A stretch of 64,000 bases of DNA from Lachnospira sp. UBA3212 (GTDB lineage Bacteria; Bacillota; Clostridia; Lachnospirales; Lachnospiraceae): the NCBI GenBank assembly GCA_002363615.1, contig DEWK01000019.1:10745-74744 (forward strand). Direction: 5' to 3'. The notes under the pieces were generated by a model. It had not been told where the DNA came from. It was given only the letters and a program-made list of their open reading frames with translations, and did no database searches. Positions 28,162 to 37,991 of this stretch are shown in pieces. Every line of letters starts with the position of its first letter. The stretch's first letter is position 1. A program made the translations under genes and the position numbers.

Positions 28162-29508
28162 ATGGACGAAACGTTAGTAAAAAAGATAATGCCTCATAGC
28201 ATGGAAGCGGAGCAGTCTGTGTTAGGGTCTATGCTTATGGACCAGGACGTCATTCCCGAAGTGGAGGAAATTTTAAAGCCGGAAGATTTTTACGCCAAAC
28301 AGCATCAGATGCTCTATGGAGCAATTGTAGAGCTGTATGAAGCAGGAAAAACGGTGGATGTAGTTTCTTTAAAAGAACTGCTTTCTCAAAAGAAGGATGT
28401 ACCGGAAGAATTAGGAAGTGTAGAATTTTTGCGAGAACTGTTAGGAGCGGTTCCTACCGGTGTGAATGCCAAGCAGCATGCACAGATTGTTAGAGACCGT
28501 GCGGCTCTTAGGAATATCATACGGATTACAGAGGGAATCAGTAACCGTTGTTACCTGGGCAAAGACACGGTAGATGATCTTTTAAATGATGCGGAACGAG
28601 AGATTTTTAATCTTACCCAAACCAGAGGTGTTTCGGGATATGTTTCGATTGCGGATGTGGCTTTGGAAACCTTAAAACAAATCGAAGAGGCAGCCAAAAC
28701 CAAAGGAAATGTAACGGGTGTACGAAGTGGTTTTATTGACCTGGATAACATGACCACAGGTTTTCATCCATCCGATCTGATTTTAATTGCAGCCAGACCT
28801 GCCATGGGTAAAACTGCATTTGTATTAAATCTGGCAGAGCAGATGTGTTTTAGGGACCATAGGTGTGTTGCCATCTTCTCCTTGGAGATGAGTAAAACCC
28901 AGTTAGTAAACCGACTGGTATCTCAAGAATCCAAGGTGGATGCTCAGGCTATCCGTACAGGTAATCTTAGCGATGGAGATTGGGATCCTATTATGACCAG
29001 TCTTTCTATTATTGGAGAGTCTAATTTGGTGATTGATGATACTTCCAGTATTAAGGTATCGGAACTTCGTTCCAAGTGTCGAAAGTTTAAGGCTGAGATG
29101 GGGCTGGATTGTATTATTATCGATTACCTCCAGCTTATGACAGCAGATGGAAGACATGATAGTCGTCAGAATGAGATTGCATCCATTTCGAGAGCCTTAA
29201 AGGGACTTGCCCGTGAATTAGATGTCCCTATCATTGCCTTGTCACAGCTGTCTCGTGCGGTGGAATCCCGTGAAGACAAGAGACCAATGCTGTCGGATCT
29301 TCGAGAATCAGGAGCCATCGAGCAGGATGCGGATATGGTTATGTTCCTGTATCGAGATGATTACTATAATAAGGAAAGTGAAGAAAAGGGAGTGGCCGAG
29401 GTAATTATAGCAAAGCAAAGACATGGTTCTACCGGAACTGCAAAACTCCTTTGGCTTCCACAGTATACCAAGTTCGTAAATCGAGAACATCATCCAAGAC
29501 GGGATTAG
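28162..29508 (+). CDS. dnaB: Replicative DNA helicase
   Basis: 448 aa with PHSMEAEQSVLGSML, Walker A ARPAMGKTAF, IIIDYLQLM and LSQLSRAVE. No intein insertion is present. Confidence 0.97.
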   Translation: MDETLVKKIMPHSMEAEQSVLGSMLMDQDVIPEVEEILKPEDFYAKQHQMLYGAIVELYEAGKTVDVVSLKELLSQKKDVPEELGSVEFLRELLGAVPTGVNAKQHAQIVRDRAALRNIIRITEGISNRCYLGKDTVDDLLNDAEREIFNLTQTRGVSGYVSIADVALETLKQIEEAAKTKGNVTGVRSGFIDLDNMTTGFHPSDLILIAARPAMGKTAFVLNLAEQMCFRDHRCVAIFSLEMSKTQLVNRLVSQESKVDAQAIRTGNLSDGDWDPIMTSLSIIGESNLVIDDTSSIKVSELRSKCRKFKAEMGLDCIIIDYLQLMTADGRHDSRQNEIASISRALKGLARELDVPIIALSQLSRAVESREDKRPMLSDLRESGAIEQDADMVMFLYRDDYYNKESEEKGVAEVIIAKQRHGSTGTAKLLWLPQYTKFVNREHHPRRD

Positions 29509-29727
29509 TTAAGACCTGTCGGTGAGACTTGTGGTTTCGGTAACCTAGGGTGGAAGATATTGTGGGAATTAGGATAACTAATAGAAGTAAGTTATCTCTA
29601 ACTTGCTAGAAATAAATAAAAAACGGAAAATGTACTTGTGTGAATGAACTTTTTGTAATAGAATGTAATTGACAAGATTTACGAGAGCATCAGGCTCGGG
29701 ATTACGATATTATAAGGAGGTTCGATT

Positions 29728-29901
29728 ATGGCAAGAGTTATTTCTGACATTTGCGTCATGTGTGGTACTTGCGAAGGTGAGTGTCCAGTTGGAGCAATTT
29801 CTGCAGGAGATACTCAGTATCAGATTGATGCAGATGCGTGTATCGATTGCGGTGCTTGTGAAGCTGCATGTCCTACAGGAGCAATTTCTGAGGCAGAATA
29901 A
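29728..29901 (+). CDS. Clostridial-type 2x[4Fe-4S] ferredoxin (57 aa)
   Basis: Absent from the ORF track because it is under 60 aa. My translation is MARVISDICVMCGTCEGECPVGAISAGDTQYQIDADACIDCGACEAACPTGAISEAE. It has two CxxCxxCxxxCP motifs, an AAGGAGG RBS 7 nt upstream and a strong terminator downstream. Confidence 0.9.
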   Translation: MARVISDICVMCGTCEGECPVGAISAGDTQYQIDADACIDCGACEAACPTGAISEAE

Positions 29902-29927
29902 GAAAATCAAATTTGTTTTTAATAAAG

Positions 29928-29967
29928 GGTCTCTTGTGTCACCGCACAAGAGACCTTTTATTTTTTT
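29928..29967 (+). terminator. Rho-independent terminator after the ferredoxin gene
   Basis: GGTCTCTTGTG pairs perfectly with CACAAGAGACC (11 bp stem), followed by TTTTATTTTTTT. Confidence 0.85.
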
Positions 29968-29995
29968 GCTTCTTTGAAATTTTATAGATGGCTTC

Positions 29996-30024
29996 TTGTA
30001 AAAGAATTGGTTTAATGGTAGAAT
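29996..30024 (+). promoter_or_regulatory. Putative sigma-A promoter of the aconitase operon
   Basis: TTGTAA, 17 nt spacer, TAGAAT, with TGg extended -10. Confidence 0.55.
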
Positions 30025-30114
30025 AGCCAATGATATGTTTAAAAATAGGGAGTCTAGGCTTTCTTTTAAACAGAGAAATAGGTACAAGAAAGAATTTATT
30101 TAGGAGGTCTTAAT

Positions 30115-32403
30115 ATGAAATTAAGCAAAGCAGGCTGTTACCTTGTGGATGGAGTAAAACTTGTTGACGCAGAACAAGAAGACCAGGCAAAGCATGAATT
30201 AGGAGATCGTTATTTAAGTCCAACTGAGGCAAAGAAGAATACCATCGCTTATGGAATTCTAGAAAGCCATAACACCAGTGGTAATATGGATAAACTTCAG
30301 ATTAAGTTTGATAAGTTGACTTCTCATGACATTACCTATGTAGGTATTATCCAGACTGCAAGAGCTTCTGGCCTTGAGAGATTTCCAATCCCATATGTAC
30401 TTACAAACTGCCATAACTCACTTTGTGCTGTTGGTGGAACCATTAATGAAGATGATCATATGTTTGGTTTAACTGCTGCAAAGAAATATGGCGGAATCTA
30501 TGTTCCACCTCATCAGGCAGTTATTCACCAGTTTGCAAGAGAGATGCTTGCAGAAGGTGGAAAGATGATTTTAGGTTCTGATTCTCACACCCGTTATGGT
30601 GCGCTTGGTACAATGGCTATGGGTGAAGGTGGTCCTGAGCTTGTAAAGCAGCTTTTAGAGCAGACCTATGATATTAATATGCCAGGGGTTGTGGCAATCT
30701 ATTTAGATGGTGAGACTGCAAAGGGGGTTGGTCCTCAGGACGTTGCCCTTGCTATTATTGGCGAAGTATTTGCTAAGGGCTATGTAAAGAATAAGGTAAT
30801 GGAGTTTGTAGGACCTGGTGTGTCTAAGTTAAGTGCAGACTTCCGTATCGGTGTAGATGTTATGACTACCGAGACTACTTGTCTTTCTTCTATTTGGAAG
30901 ACCGACGAGAAGATTCAGGAATTCTATGAGATTCACAAGAGAGGCGAGGCATACAAGGAGTTAAATCCTGGTGCAGTTGCTTACTACGATGGTTGCGTTT
31001 ATGTAAATCTTTCAGAGATTAAGCCTATGATTGCTATGCCATTCCACCCAAGCAATACCTATACCATTGATTTTGTAAATGAAAATCTTGAGGATGTACT
31101 TGCTGAAGTGGAGAAGAAGGCTTTAGTAAGCTTAGATGGTGCAGTTGATTATCATTTAAGGGATAAGATCGTAGATGGAAAACTTTATGTAGATCAGGGA
31201 GTCATTGCAGGTTGTGCCGGTGGTGGATTTGAAAACATCTGTGCAGCAGCAGACATTATGGAAGGCAAGTATATTGGTTCTGATAAGTTTACCTTCTCTG
31301 TATATCCTGCATCTATGCCGGTTTACATGGAATTAATTAAGAACGGAAGCGTTGCAAACTTAATGGAGTCCGGTGCAGTCATCAAGACCGCTTTCTGTGG
31401 CCCTTGCTTTGGTGCTGGTGATACTCCTGCTAACAACGCATTTTCAATCCGTCATTCTACCCGTAACTTCCCTAACCGTGAAGGTTCTAAGTTACAGAAT
31501 GGTCAGATTTCATCGGTAGCCTTAATGGATGCTCGTTCTATTGCAGCAACCGCTGCAAACAAGGGATTCCTTACCTCGGCTATGGATCTTGATGTTGAGT
31601 TTAAGAACCCAACCTATCATTATGATAGCAGAATCTATGCCAACCGTGTCTTTGATTCTAAGGGACAGGCAGATCCTTCTGTTGAATTACAGTTTGGTCC
31701 TAATATCAAGGATTGGCCGGAGATGAGTCCACTTCCAAAGAACCTTGTGGTAAAGATTGTATCAGAGATTCATGATCCTGTTACAACTACCGATGAGTTG
31801 ATTCCTTCCGGTGAGACTTCTTCTTATCGTTCTAACCCATTGGGTCTTGCAGAGTTTGCTCTTTCAAGAAAGGATCCTAAGTATGTAGGACGTGCAAAGG
31901 AGATTCAGAAGGCCCAAAAGGCAATTGAAGCTGGTGAGTGCCCGGGACAGGCAGTTCCTGAGGTTCATGAAGTGATGGATATTATTAAGGCTAAGTTCCC
32001 GGAGGTTTCTCGTGACAATATCGGATTTGGTTCAACTATTTACGCAGTAAAGCCAGGTGATGGTTCAGCCAGAGAGCAGGCTGCTTCTTGCCAGAAGGTG
32101 CTTGGTGGATGGGCAAACATTGCTCAGGATTACGCAACCAAGAGATATCGTTCAAACTTAATTAACTGGGGTATGCTCCCACTCTTATATCCTGGAGATT
32201 GTGAATCTCTTCCATTCAAGAATGGGGATTATATCTTTATTCCAGATGCAATTGCAGCAATTGCAGAAAAGAAGGAAATCATTCCTGCTTATATCATTAA
32301 GGATGGAGATATGGAGCCGGTAGAGTTCGGCATTGGCGAGTTAACCGATGATGAACGTGAGATTATCCTTAAGGGATGCTTGATTAACTATAATAGAAGA
32401 TAA
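30115..32403 (+). CDS. Aconitate hydratase (aconitase-family Fe-S hydro-lyase)
   Basis: 762 aa with the aconitase cluster/substrate motifs [24 protein letters not shown] and [10 protein letters not shown], plus a C-terminal swivel domain. Confidence 0.8.
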   Translation: MKLSKAGCYLVDGVKLVDAEQEDQAKHELGDRYLSPTEAKKNTIAYGILESHNTSGNMDKLQIKFDKLTSHDITYVGIIQTARASGLERFPIPYVLTNCHNSLCAVGGTINEDDHMFGLTAAKKYGGIYVPPHQAVIHQFAREMLAEGGKMILGSDSHTRYGALGTMAMGEGGPELVKQLLEQTYDINMPGVVAIYLDGETAKGVGPQDVALAIIGEVFAKGYVKNKVMEFVGPGVSKLSADFRIGVDVMTTETTCLSSIWKTDEKIQEFYEIHKRGEAYKELNPGAVAYYDGCVYVNLSEIKPMIAMPFHPSNTYTIDFVNENLEDVLAEVEKKALVSLDGAVDYHLRDKIVDGKLYVDQGVIAGCAGGGFENICAAADIMEGKYIGSDKFTFSVYPASMPVYMELIKNGSVANLMESGAVIKTAFCGPCFGAGDTPANNAFSIRHSTRNFPNREGSKLQNGQISSVALMDARSIAATAANKGFLTSAMDLDVEFKNPTYHYDSRIYANRVFDSKGQADPSVELQFGPNIKDWPEMSPLPKNLVVKIVSEIHDPVTTTDELIPSGETSSYRSNPLGLAEFALSRKDPKYVGRAKEIQKAQKAIEAGECPGQAVPEVHEVMDIIKAKFPEVSRDNIGFGSTIYAVKPGDGSAREQAASCQKVLGGWANIAQDYATKRYRSNLINWGMLPLLYPGDCESLPFKNGDYIFIPDAIAAIAEKKEIIPAYIIKDGDMEPVEFGIGELTDDEREIILKGCLINYNRR

Positions 32404-32414
32404 GAAGTGTTCAA

Positions 32415-34442
32415 ATGAGTAAGAAACAAGAAAAAAAGACGTTGCTCCCTATTTACCTTGGCCTTTTGTTTGTTGGCCTTGTTTTGGCTCTTGCATTTAC
32501 CCTTATAGCTCCGAAACTATCGGAAAAGATTGGTGTTTTTGATGCTTTGTGTGAATACAATGTGGAAACAAACCGGGAAGCAAACATTTATTTAGACCAG
32601 GGGGTCAAACAAAATTATGTTTGTGGTCTTCAAAGGGTTCGTTCCATTGATCTGATTTTTGAATTTGCTAAAAATACCACCAAAGGAAAGGCTCAGGTAA
32701 CGGTTTATGACTTAACCGACCAGAAGGTGGTGGGAACATGTGAGAAAGATTTGCTTTATGTGAAACATAATAAAAAGACAAACTTTGAGTTTGAATCATT
32801 ATTAGAGGTGAATCCAAATCATCAATTTCAGCTACAAATCGCTGTAACTGGTTATGAGAATAAGGAGAAAAGTCCAAGTGTGCATTTTGCAATGGATGCA
32901 GCAGATCAGGAAAACCTATTTTGGGGCGATAACCCGGCGGATGGACAGTTAATCATGACCATTCATGGATATAATGAGGGAGCAGGTCACCATAAGGTCT
33001 TCTTCTTCCTTGCCTTGCTTGGAATAGAAGGAATTCTCTTCCTGCTTGCCTTTGCAGTAATGAACAAGGATTTTGTAAAACCAAGGAAAGCAGAATGGGT
33101 CATTGCCTTCGGTGTGATTTTAGCCTGTGCCTGTCTCTTTAATCAGGGAGCAGATATGTTTTTAACCATTAAGCATGCTCATTTGTTAACTTCCTGCATT
33201 TCTCACGGAGACATAGGAGAATTTTATAAACAATCGCTGGTATCGGCGGTAGAAAGCGGTGTGATCACCGACGCATGTAACTATAACATTGTGCTCTACT
33301 TGATTTTAGCGGTGATTATGTTACCGATTTCAATCATTCAGCATGTAGGGGCCTATACGTTTACGGATATTCAGGAAGTTACTTACTTTAATATCATTGT
33401 TTCTGTTGCCTTGGTATATGTTGCCTATGAGTTGAATCGCCTGATGCTTGATTTAAAGTTAAAGGAAGAGACTGCAAAGACAACCGCTTACCTTTATCTC
33501 ACATCCCTTATGGTATTAATGGCCTCTGTGGGATTTAGTCAGATGGATGTATTTTACCTAATCTTTGTGGTATGGGGACTTAGGGCATATGTAAAGAAGA
33601 AATATATTCGTTTTTCTCTTTTATTTTCTGTTGCCATTATGCTAAAGAGTTTTCCGATTCTATTCTTTGTCCCAATGATCTTACTTGTAGAAAAGAGAAT
33701 GCTTCATATCATCAAGCATATGGTAATCGCCCTTGGCGCAACCCTCCTTTATGGTGTGGTTTACAGCAAGGACTTAGGCTATCAGTTCTCGAAGGAAGTT
33801 TTGGGAGAGATCTACAACTTCAAGAATCGTTTGGTATCAGGCGGGTTTGAAACGGAACTGGGCTTTTTGTCAGTCTTTATCCTAATCCTGGTCATTACCT
33901 GTCTCTGGAGTTTTGATAAAAAGATTGAAGAAAAGGACAACTGGAAATATATGATTATTTTCCCAAATATTATATTGGGAGCATTTTTGGTCTTGGTGGG
34001 TTGGCATCCTCAGTGGATGTTAATTGCCACGCCTTTTATCGCCATGGCTTGTGCCCTGTGTCGGGAAGAGAGGTCCTTTCTTTATTGTGAATGGGGAATG
34101 GGTGTCTTGTTCTGGATCATTAGTTTTATTCGGTTCAGAGGTGTATCAGATGTGACCATGGTCAATCGAGGGATTCTTGCAGAAATCTTTGATTACCAGT
34201 CTTATTCGTTTATGATCGCGGATATAATTAAGGTTACAGACATGCTAAATAGTGTTATTTTTACCGCATTTACAGGAATTATCATTTACTATTGCTATAG
34301 CATGGTAAAGCAACTTTCCAAGAAGGCCAGTGTGAATGATTGCGAAAAAAGGCCAATAGAACATGGTGTCATAGCGGCTAGACAGATTACCGCAATTTTA
34401 ATCATTTTATTTATGATGTACTTATATTTTTACAAGGGATAA
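32415..34442 (+). CDS. Large polytopic membrane protein, candidate GT-C-type glycosyltransferase
   Basis: 675 aa: an N-terminal TM helix, a ~170-aa extracytoplasmic beta-rich segment, then at least 10 TM helices. It lies 11 nt after the aconitase gene and 19 nt before a polyprenol-P-sugar synthase-like GT2. The function rests on context and topology only. Confidence 0.4.
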   Translation: MSKKQEKKTLLPIYLGLLFVGLVLALAFTLIAPKLSEKIGVFDALCEYNVETNREANIYLDQGVKQNYVCGLQRVRSIDLIFEFAKNTTKGKAQVTVYDLTDQKVVGTCEKDLLYVKHNKKTNFEFESLLEVNPNHQFQLQIAVTGYENKEKSPSVHFAMDAADQENLFWGDNPADGQLIMTIHGYNEGAGHHKVFFFLALLGIEGILFLLAFAVMNKDFVKPRKAEWVIAFGVILACACLFNQGADMFLTIKHAHLLTSCISHGDIGEFYKQSLVSAVESGVITDACNYNIVLYLILAVIMLPISIIQHVGAYTFTDIQEVTYFNIIVSVALVYVAYELNRLMLDLKLKEETAKTTAYLYLTSLMVLMASVGFSQMDVFYLIFVVWGLRAYVKKKYIRFSLLFSVAIMLKSFPILFFVPMILLVEKRMLHIIKHMVIALGATLLYGVVYSKDLGYQFSKEVLGEIYNFKNRLVSGGFETELGFLSVFILILVITCLWSFDKKIEEKDNWKYMIIFPNIILGAFLVLVGWHPQWMLIATPFIAMACALCREERSFLYCEWGMGVLFWIISFIRFRGVSDVTMVNRGILAEIFDYQSYSFMIADIIKVTDMLNSVIFTAFTGIIIYYCYSMVKQLSKKASVNDCEKRPIEHGVIAARQITAILIILFMMYLYFYKG

Positions 34443-34461
34443 AATACCAAGGAGATAAAAA

Positions 34462-35175
34462 ATGGGTATTAGTGTTATTTTATTAGCTTATAAGGAAGCT
34501 GAAAATTTAAAGGTGTTATTACCGCAGATTAAAGAGAATGTAGAAAAGTGTGGAGAGCCATATGAGATTTTGGTGATTGATACAGCAAAGCCTCTGGACA
34601 ATACTCCTGAAGTTTGTAAAGAGTTTGGGGCTCAGTATATCAATCAGGAGGAGCCGGCTTTTGGTGGTGCCTTCCGTACCGGTATTAAGTATGCAAAACA
34701 AGAGAAGTTTTTGATTTTAGACAGTGATGGTTCTCATCCACCAAAGTATATTCCGGATCTTTATAAAAAATTTACCGAAGAAAACTGTGATGTGGTAATT
34801 GGTTCAAGATATGTAGAGGGCGGTGTGACAGATGACGCCAAGTCTTCTCAGATCATGTCTAAGATTTTAAATACTACCTTCCGAATTTTCCTTGGTATTA
34901 AGGCAAAGGATATTTCCACAGATTATCGTATGTATGACACAAACCAGTTAAAGAAGGTGGAATTAAAGTGCAAGAACTACGATGTTTTACAGGAAGTCCT
35001 TTTAAAACTTCGATTGAATAACAAGAAGTTAAAGATTGGGGAAACACCAATTAGCTTTAGTAAGAGAATGTATGGGGAATCCAAGAGACAGTTGCTTAAG
35101 TTTATTATCAGCTATTTAAAGACTCTTTTCTACTTACTTGGTATTCGAATTGGACACACATTTAAGAAAAAATAA
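34462..35175 (+). CDS. GT2 polyprenol-phosphate glycosyltransferase (DPM1/Ppm1/GtrB-like)
   Basis: 237 aa with ISVILLAYKEAENL, ILVIDTA and ILDSDGSHPP (DxD), plus VIGSRY. This is the short soluble Dpm1-like form. Confidence 0.75.
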   Translation: MGISVILLAYKEAENLKVLLPQIKENVEKCGEPYEILVIDTAKPLDNTPEVCKEFGAQYINQEEPAFGGAFRTGIKYAKQEKFLILDSDGSHPPKYIPDLYKKFTEENCDVVIGSRYVEGGVTDDAKSSQIMSKILNTTFRIFLGIKAKDISTDYRMYDTNQLKKVELKCKNYDVLQEVLLKLRLNNKKLKIGETPISFSKRMYGESKRQLLKFIISYLKTLFYLLGIRIGHTFKKK

Positions 35176-35195
35176 ATAAGGGAATAAGAGGACAG

Positions 35196-36125
35196 ATGAA
35201 AAAAGTATTGATTTTCGGTGTGGCTGGATTTGTTGGAGGCTATTTGGTAAAAGAATTTGCAAAGGCAGGCGGCTATCACATTTATGGAAGCGATATGGTA
35301 GAATCATTTGCACAAGAGGAGCTCTCTGCTTACTATCCTTGCGATATTTTAGATGGCCCTGCTTGTGAGGCTCTTATTGAATCAATTCAGCCAGATTACA
35401 TTATTAATCTGGCTGCTTTGAGTTCTGTAAGAATGTCATGGGATCTACCGGAAAAGACAATTGAAATTAACGTACTAGGGGCTATGCATATTATGGATGG
35501 TGCCGTAAAGTTAGAGAAAAAACCGGTACTTTTAATGGTGGGATCCAGTGAGGAATATGAGATTTCAGATAAGGCATTAAGGGAGGAGTCTCCTCTTTCT
35601 GCCAATAATCCTTATGGAATTTCTAAAGCGACCTTGGAGCAAATGGCAGAGATCTACCGGATGAAGTATAAGATTACCATTTATTTTACCCGGTCTTTTA
35701 ACCATACTGGCGTCGGACAGAAGCCTGTCTTTGTGGTGCCTAGTTTTGCCAAACAGGTGGCAGAGATTGAAAAGAGTCAGGGGCCTGGGGTCATGAAAGT
35801 TGGGAACCTAAGTGCCATGCGTGATATTAGTGATGTGCGAGACGTAGTTTGCGCCTATCGTATGATTTTGGAGTCTGGTAGCAAGGAAAAAGTTTTTAAT
35901 GTAGGAAGTGGAAAGGCTAGCAAGATTCAGGAGATCCTTGAAATTCTGATTGGTTTTTCCTCTTATGAAATTAAAGTGGAGCAGGACCCGGATAAGATGA
36001 GGCCTAGCGACAATCCATTTATTTGCGCAGACAACACGTTATTAAAGAAGGAGACAGGTTGGTCTCCAAAGTATTCCATTGAGGATACGGTTAAGGCATT
36101 ATTTGATTATTATGTAGAGGAATAG
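35196..36125 (+). CDS. rmd: GDP-4-dehydro-6-deoxy-D-mannose reductase-like SDR (Rmd-like)
   Basis: Rossmann motif GVAGFVGGYL and catalytic YGISK. RSFNHTGVGQKPVFVVPSFAKQVA, VGNLSAMRDISDVRDV and QDPDKMRPSD closely parallel the Rmd sequence as I recall it. gmd lies 3 kb downstream. Confidence 0.65.
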   Translation: MKKVLIFGVAGFVGGYLVKEFAKAGGYHIYGSDMVESFAQEELSAYYPCDILDGPACEALIESIQPDYIINLAALSSVRMSWDLPEKTIEINVLGAMHIMDGAVKLEKKPVLLMVGSSEEYEISDKALREESPLSANNPYGISKATLEQMAEIYRMKYKITIYFTRSFNHTGVGQKPVFVVPSFAKQVAEIEKSQGPGVMKVGNLSAMRDISDVRDVVCAYRMILESGSKEKVFNVGSGKASKIQEILEILIGFSSYEIKVEQDPDKMRPSDNPFICADNTLLKKETGWSPKYSIEDTVKALFDYYVEE

Positions 36126-36135
36126 GGAGGTTATT

Positions 36136-37836
36136 ATGGCATTAGCAGAAGAAATAATGACAAAATATGAAAGCTGGAAGGAAAAGGCTTGCTGGGATCA
36201 GGAAGTAAAAGAAGAATTAGAGAAGATGGCAGGGGATGAGACATGGATGGAAGATGCCTTTTATCGTGACCTGGCCTTTGGAACCGGAGGGCTCCGGGGT
36301 GTAATCGGAGCAGGCACCAATCGAATGAACGTCCACACTGTAGCCAAGGCATCACAGGGGCTTGCCAATTATGTAAAAAAACATTTTCCAAAGGGAAAGA
36401 GAAAAATTGCCATTAGTTTTGATTCAAGAATCAAATCGGATCTTTTTTCTCAGACGGCAGCAGGTGTATTTGCGGCAAATGGAATTGAGGTTGCGATTTA
36501 TCCGGTTCTTATGCCAACCCCTTGTTTGTCTTATGCAGTTCGTGCTCTTTCTTGTTCGGCAGGTGTTATGGTAACTGCTTCTCATAACCCGTCCAAGTAT
36601 AATGGTTATAAGGTTTATGGGGCAGATGGATGTCAGATTACCACAGAGGTAGCGGCAGAAATCCTAGGAGAGATTGAATCGATTGATGTGTTTGATGGCG
36701 TTTCATGCATGTCATTTGAAGAGGGAAAAGAGAAGGGTCTGATCTCTTTGATTTCTGATGAGATTTATACCGACTTTATTGAGGAAGTGAAAAAGCAGAG
36801 CGTTTTAAAGGATGAAAAGGTGGATAAGGATGTAGCAATTGTTTATACTCCCCTTCATGGAACCGGTTTAAAACCTGTGCTTCGTGTTTTAAAGGAAAGT
36901 GGTTTTGGCAATGTGACTGTTGTAAAAGAGCAGGAAGAACCAGATGGCAATTTTACTACTTGCCCATATCCAAACCCTGAAATCAAGGAAGCCATGGCGC
37001 TTGGTATGGAATATGCCAAGAGGTGCCAGGCAGATCTTCTTTTGGCTACTGATCCGGATGCGGACCGTGTGGGAATCGCCGTAAAAACAGCGGAGGGAGA
37101 CTATCAGCTGTTAACCGGCAATGAAACCGGTATGCTCCTTTTAAATTATATCTTAGATCGTAGAAGTGCCAATGACACCATGCCGAAAGATCCGGTAATG
37201 GTGAAGACCATTGTAACCATTGATATGGCAGAGCGGATCGCTGCTCATTATGGGGTTTCAACCATTAATGTCTTAACTGGATTTAAGTTTATCGGGGAGC
37301 AGATAGGTCTCCTTGAGGAAAAAGGTAAGGAAGATTCCTATGTCTTTGGCTTTGAGGAAAGCTATGGTTATCTGACTGGTTCCTATGTTCGTGATAAGGA
37401 TGCGGTAGATGGTGCATACATGATTTGTGAAATGTTTGCTTATTATAAGAGCCAGGGCATTAGCCTGCTTGACCAGTTAAATAGTCTTTATAAGGAATAT
37501 GGATATTGCTTAAATACCCTTCATTCTTATCAGTTTGAAGGCTCTAAGGGCTTTGCCAAGATGCAGGAAATTATGAAGGACTTTAGGGAAAAACCTAAGA
37601 CTTCCTTTGGTCCAAAGAAGGTGAAGAAATGCCTGGATTATTTGGAAGGGTTGGATGGACTTCCAAAGTCAGATGTTTTAAAGTATCTTCTTGAGGACCA
37701 GTGTTCCGTAGTGGTTAGACCATCGGGAACCGAGCCAAAGCTTAAGGCCTATATTTCTATTACGGCAGAAAGCAGGGAAAAAGCAGAGGCCATTGAGGTC
37801 TTAATCGCAGACTATCTTTCAGAACTTATGAAATAA
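36136..37836 (+). CDS. Phosphohexomutase (phosphoglucomutase/phosphomannomutase, PgcA-type)
   Basis: 566 aa with the active-site loop TASHNPSKYNGYK, the metal loop ATDPDADR, GNETG, and the sugar/phosphate loops GFEESYGY and RPSGTEPK. Confidence 0.9.
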   Translation: MALAEEIMTKYESWKEKACWDQEVKEELEKMAGDETWMEDAFYRDLAFGTGGLRGVIGAGTNRMNVHTVAKASQGLANYVKKHFPKGKRKIAISFDSRIKSDLFSQTAAGVFAANGIEVAIYPVLMPTPCLSYAVRALSCSAGVMVTASHNPSKYNGYKVYGADGCQITTEVAAEILGEIESIDVFDGVSCMSFEEGKEKGLISLISDEIYTDFIEEVKKQSVLKDEKVDKDVAIVYTPLHGTGLKPVLRVLKESGFGNVTVVKEQEEPDGNFTTCPYPNPEIKEAMALGMEYAKRCQADLLLATDPDADRVGIAVKTAEGDYQLLTGNETGMLLLNYILDRRSANDTMPKDPVMVKTIVTIDMAERIAAHYGVSTINVLTGFKFIGEQIGLLEEKGKEDSYVFGFEESYGYLTGSYVRDKDAVDGAYMICEMFAYYKSQGISLLDQLNSLYKEYGYCLNTLHSYQFEGSKGFAKMQEIMKDFREKPKTSFGPKKVKKCLDYLEGLDGLPKSDVLKYLLEDQCSVVVRPSGTEPKLKAYISITAESREKAEAIEVLIADYLSELMK

Positions 37837-37842
37837 TAGTAG

Positions 37843-37877
37843 GATTCGGCACTGTGCAATGTGCCGAATCTTTTTTT
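37843..37877 (+). terminator. Rho-independent terminator
   Basis: GATTCGGCAC pairs with GTGCCGAATC (10 bp), followed by T7. Confidence 0.85.
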
Positions 37878-37892
37878 CTGAAAATAATTTGC

Positions 37893-37921
37893 TTGCATTC
37901 ATCATCTTCTTATGTTAAAAT
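37893..37921 (+). promoter_or_regulatory. Putative promoter of rpsF-ssb-rpsR
   Basis: TTGCAT, 17 nt spacer, TAAAAT, with TGt extended -10. Confidence 0.6.
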
Positions 37922-37991
37922 CTCAACTTGTGATATATATTCCTTGTTACCCGCATTGGGTAGCCAGAGACCAAAAGGAGGTGCGAAAAGC

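Noticed and set aside
28162-29508. I checked dnaB for an intein or other insertion.
   Set aside because: At 448 aa it has the normal length, and the Walker A, Walker B and C-terminal motifs are contiguous.
29573-29596. A 7-bp inverted repeat, GATAACT-N10-AGTTATC, downstream of dnaB. I considered it as the dnaB terminator or a small RNA.
   Set aside because: The stem is short and AT-rich and no T-tract follows. I cannot support any function from the sequence.
29669-30087. Two overlapping ORFs (102 aa on the plus strand, 125 aa on the minus strand) in the dnaB-aconitase interval.
   Set aside because: They overlap the 57-aa ferredoxin gene, its terminator and the aconitase promoter. They have no RBS and no recognisable motifs, whereas the ferredoxin frame has two perfect Fe-S cluster motifs.
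37854-37991. A 46-aa N-terminal extension of the rpsF ORF.
   Set aside because: It would cover the upstream terminator and promoter. The canonical S6 N-terminus MNKYEL starts at 37992 behind AAAGGAGG.
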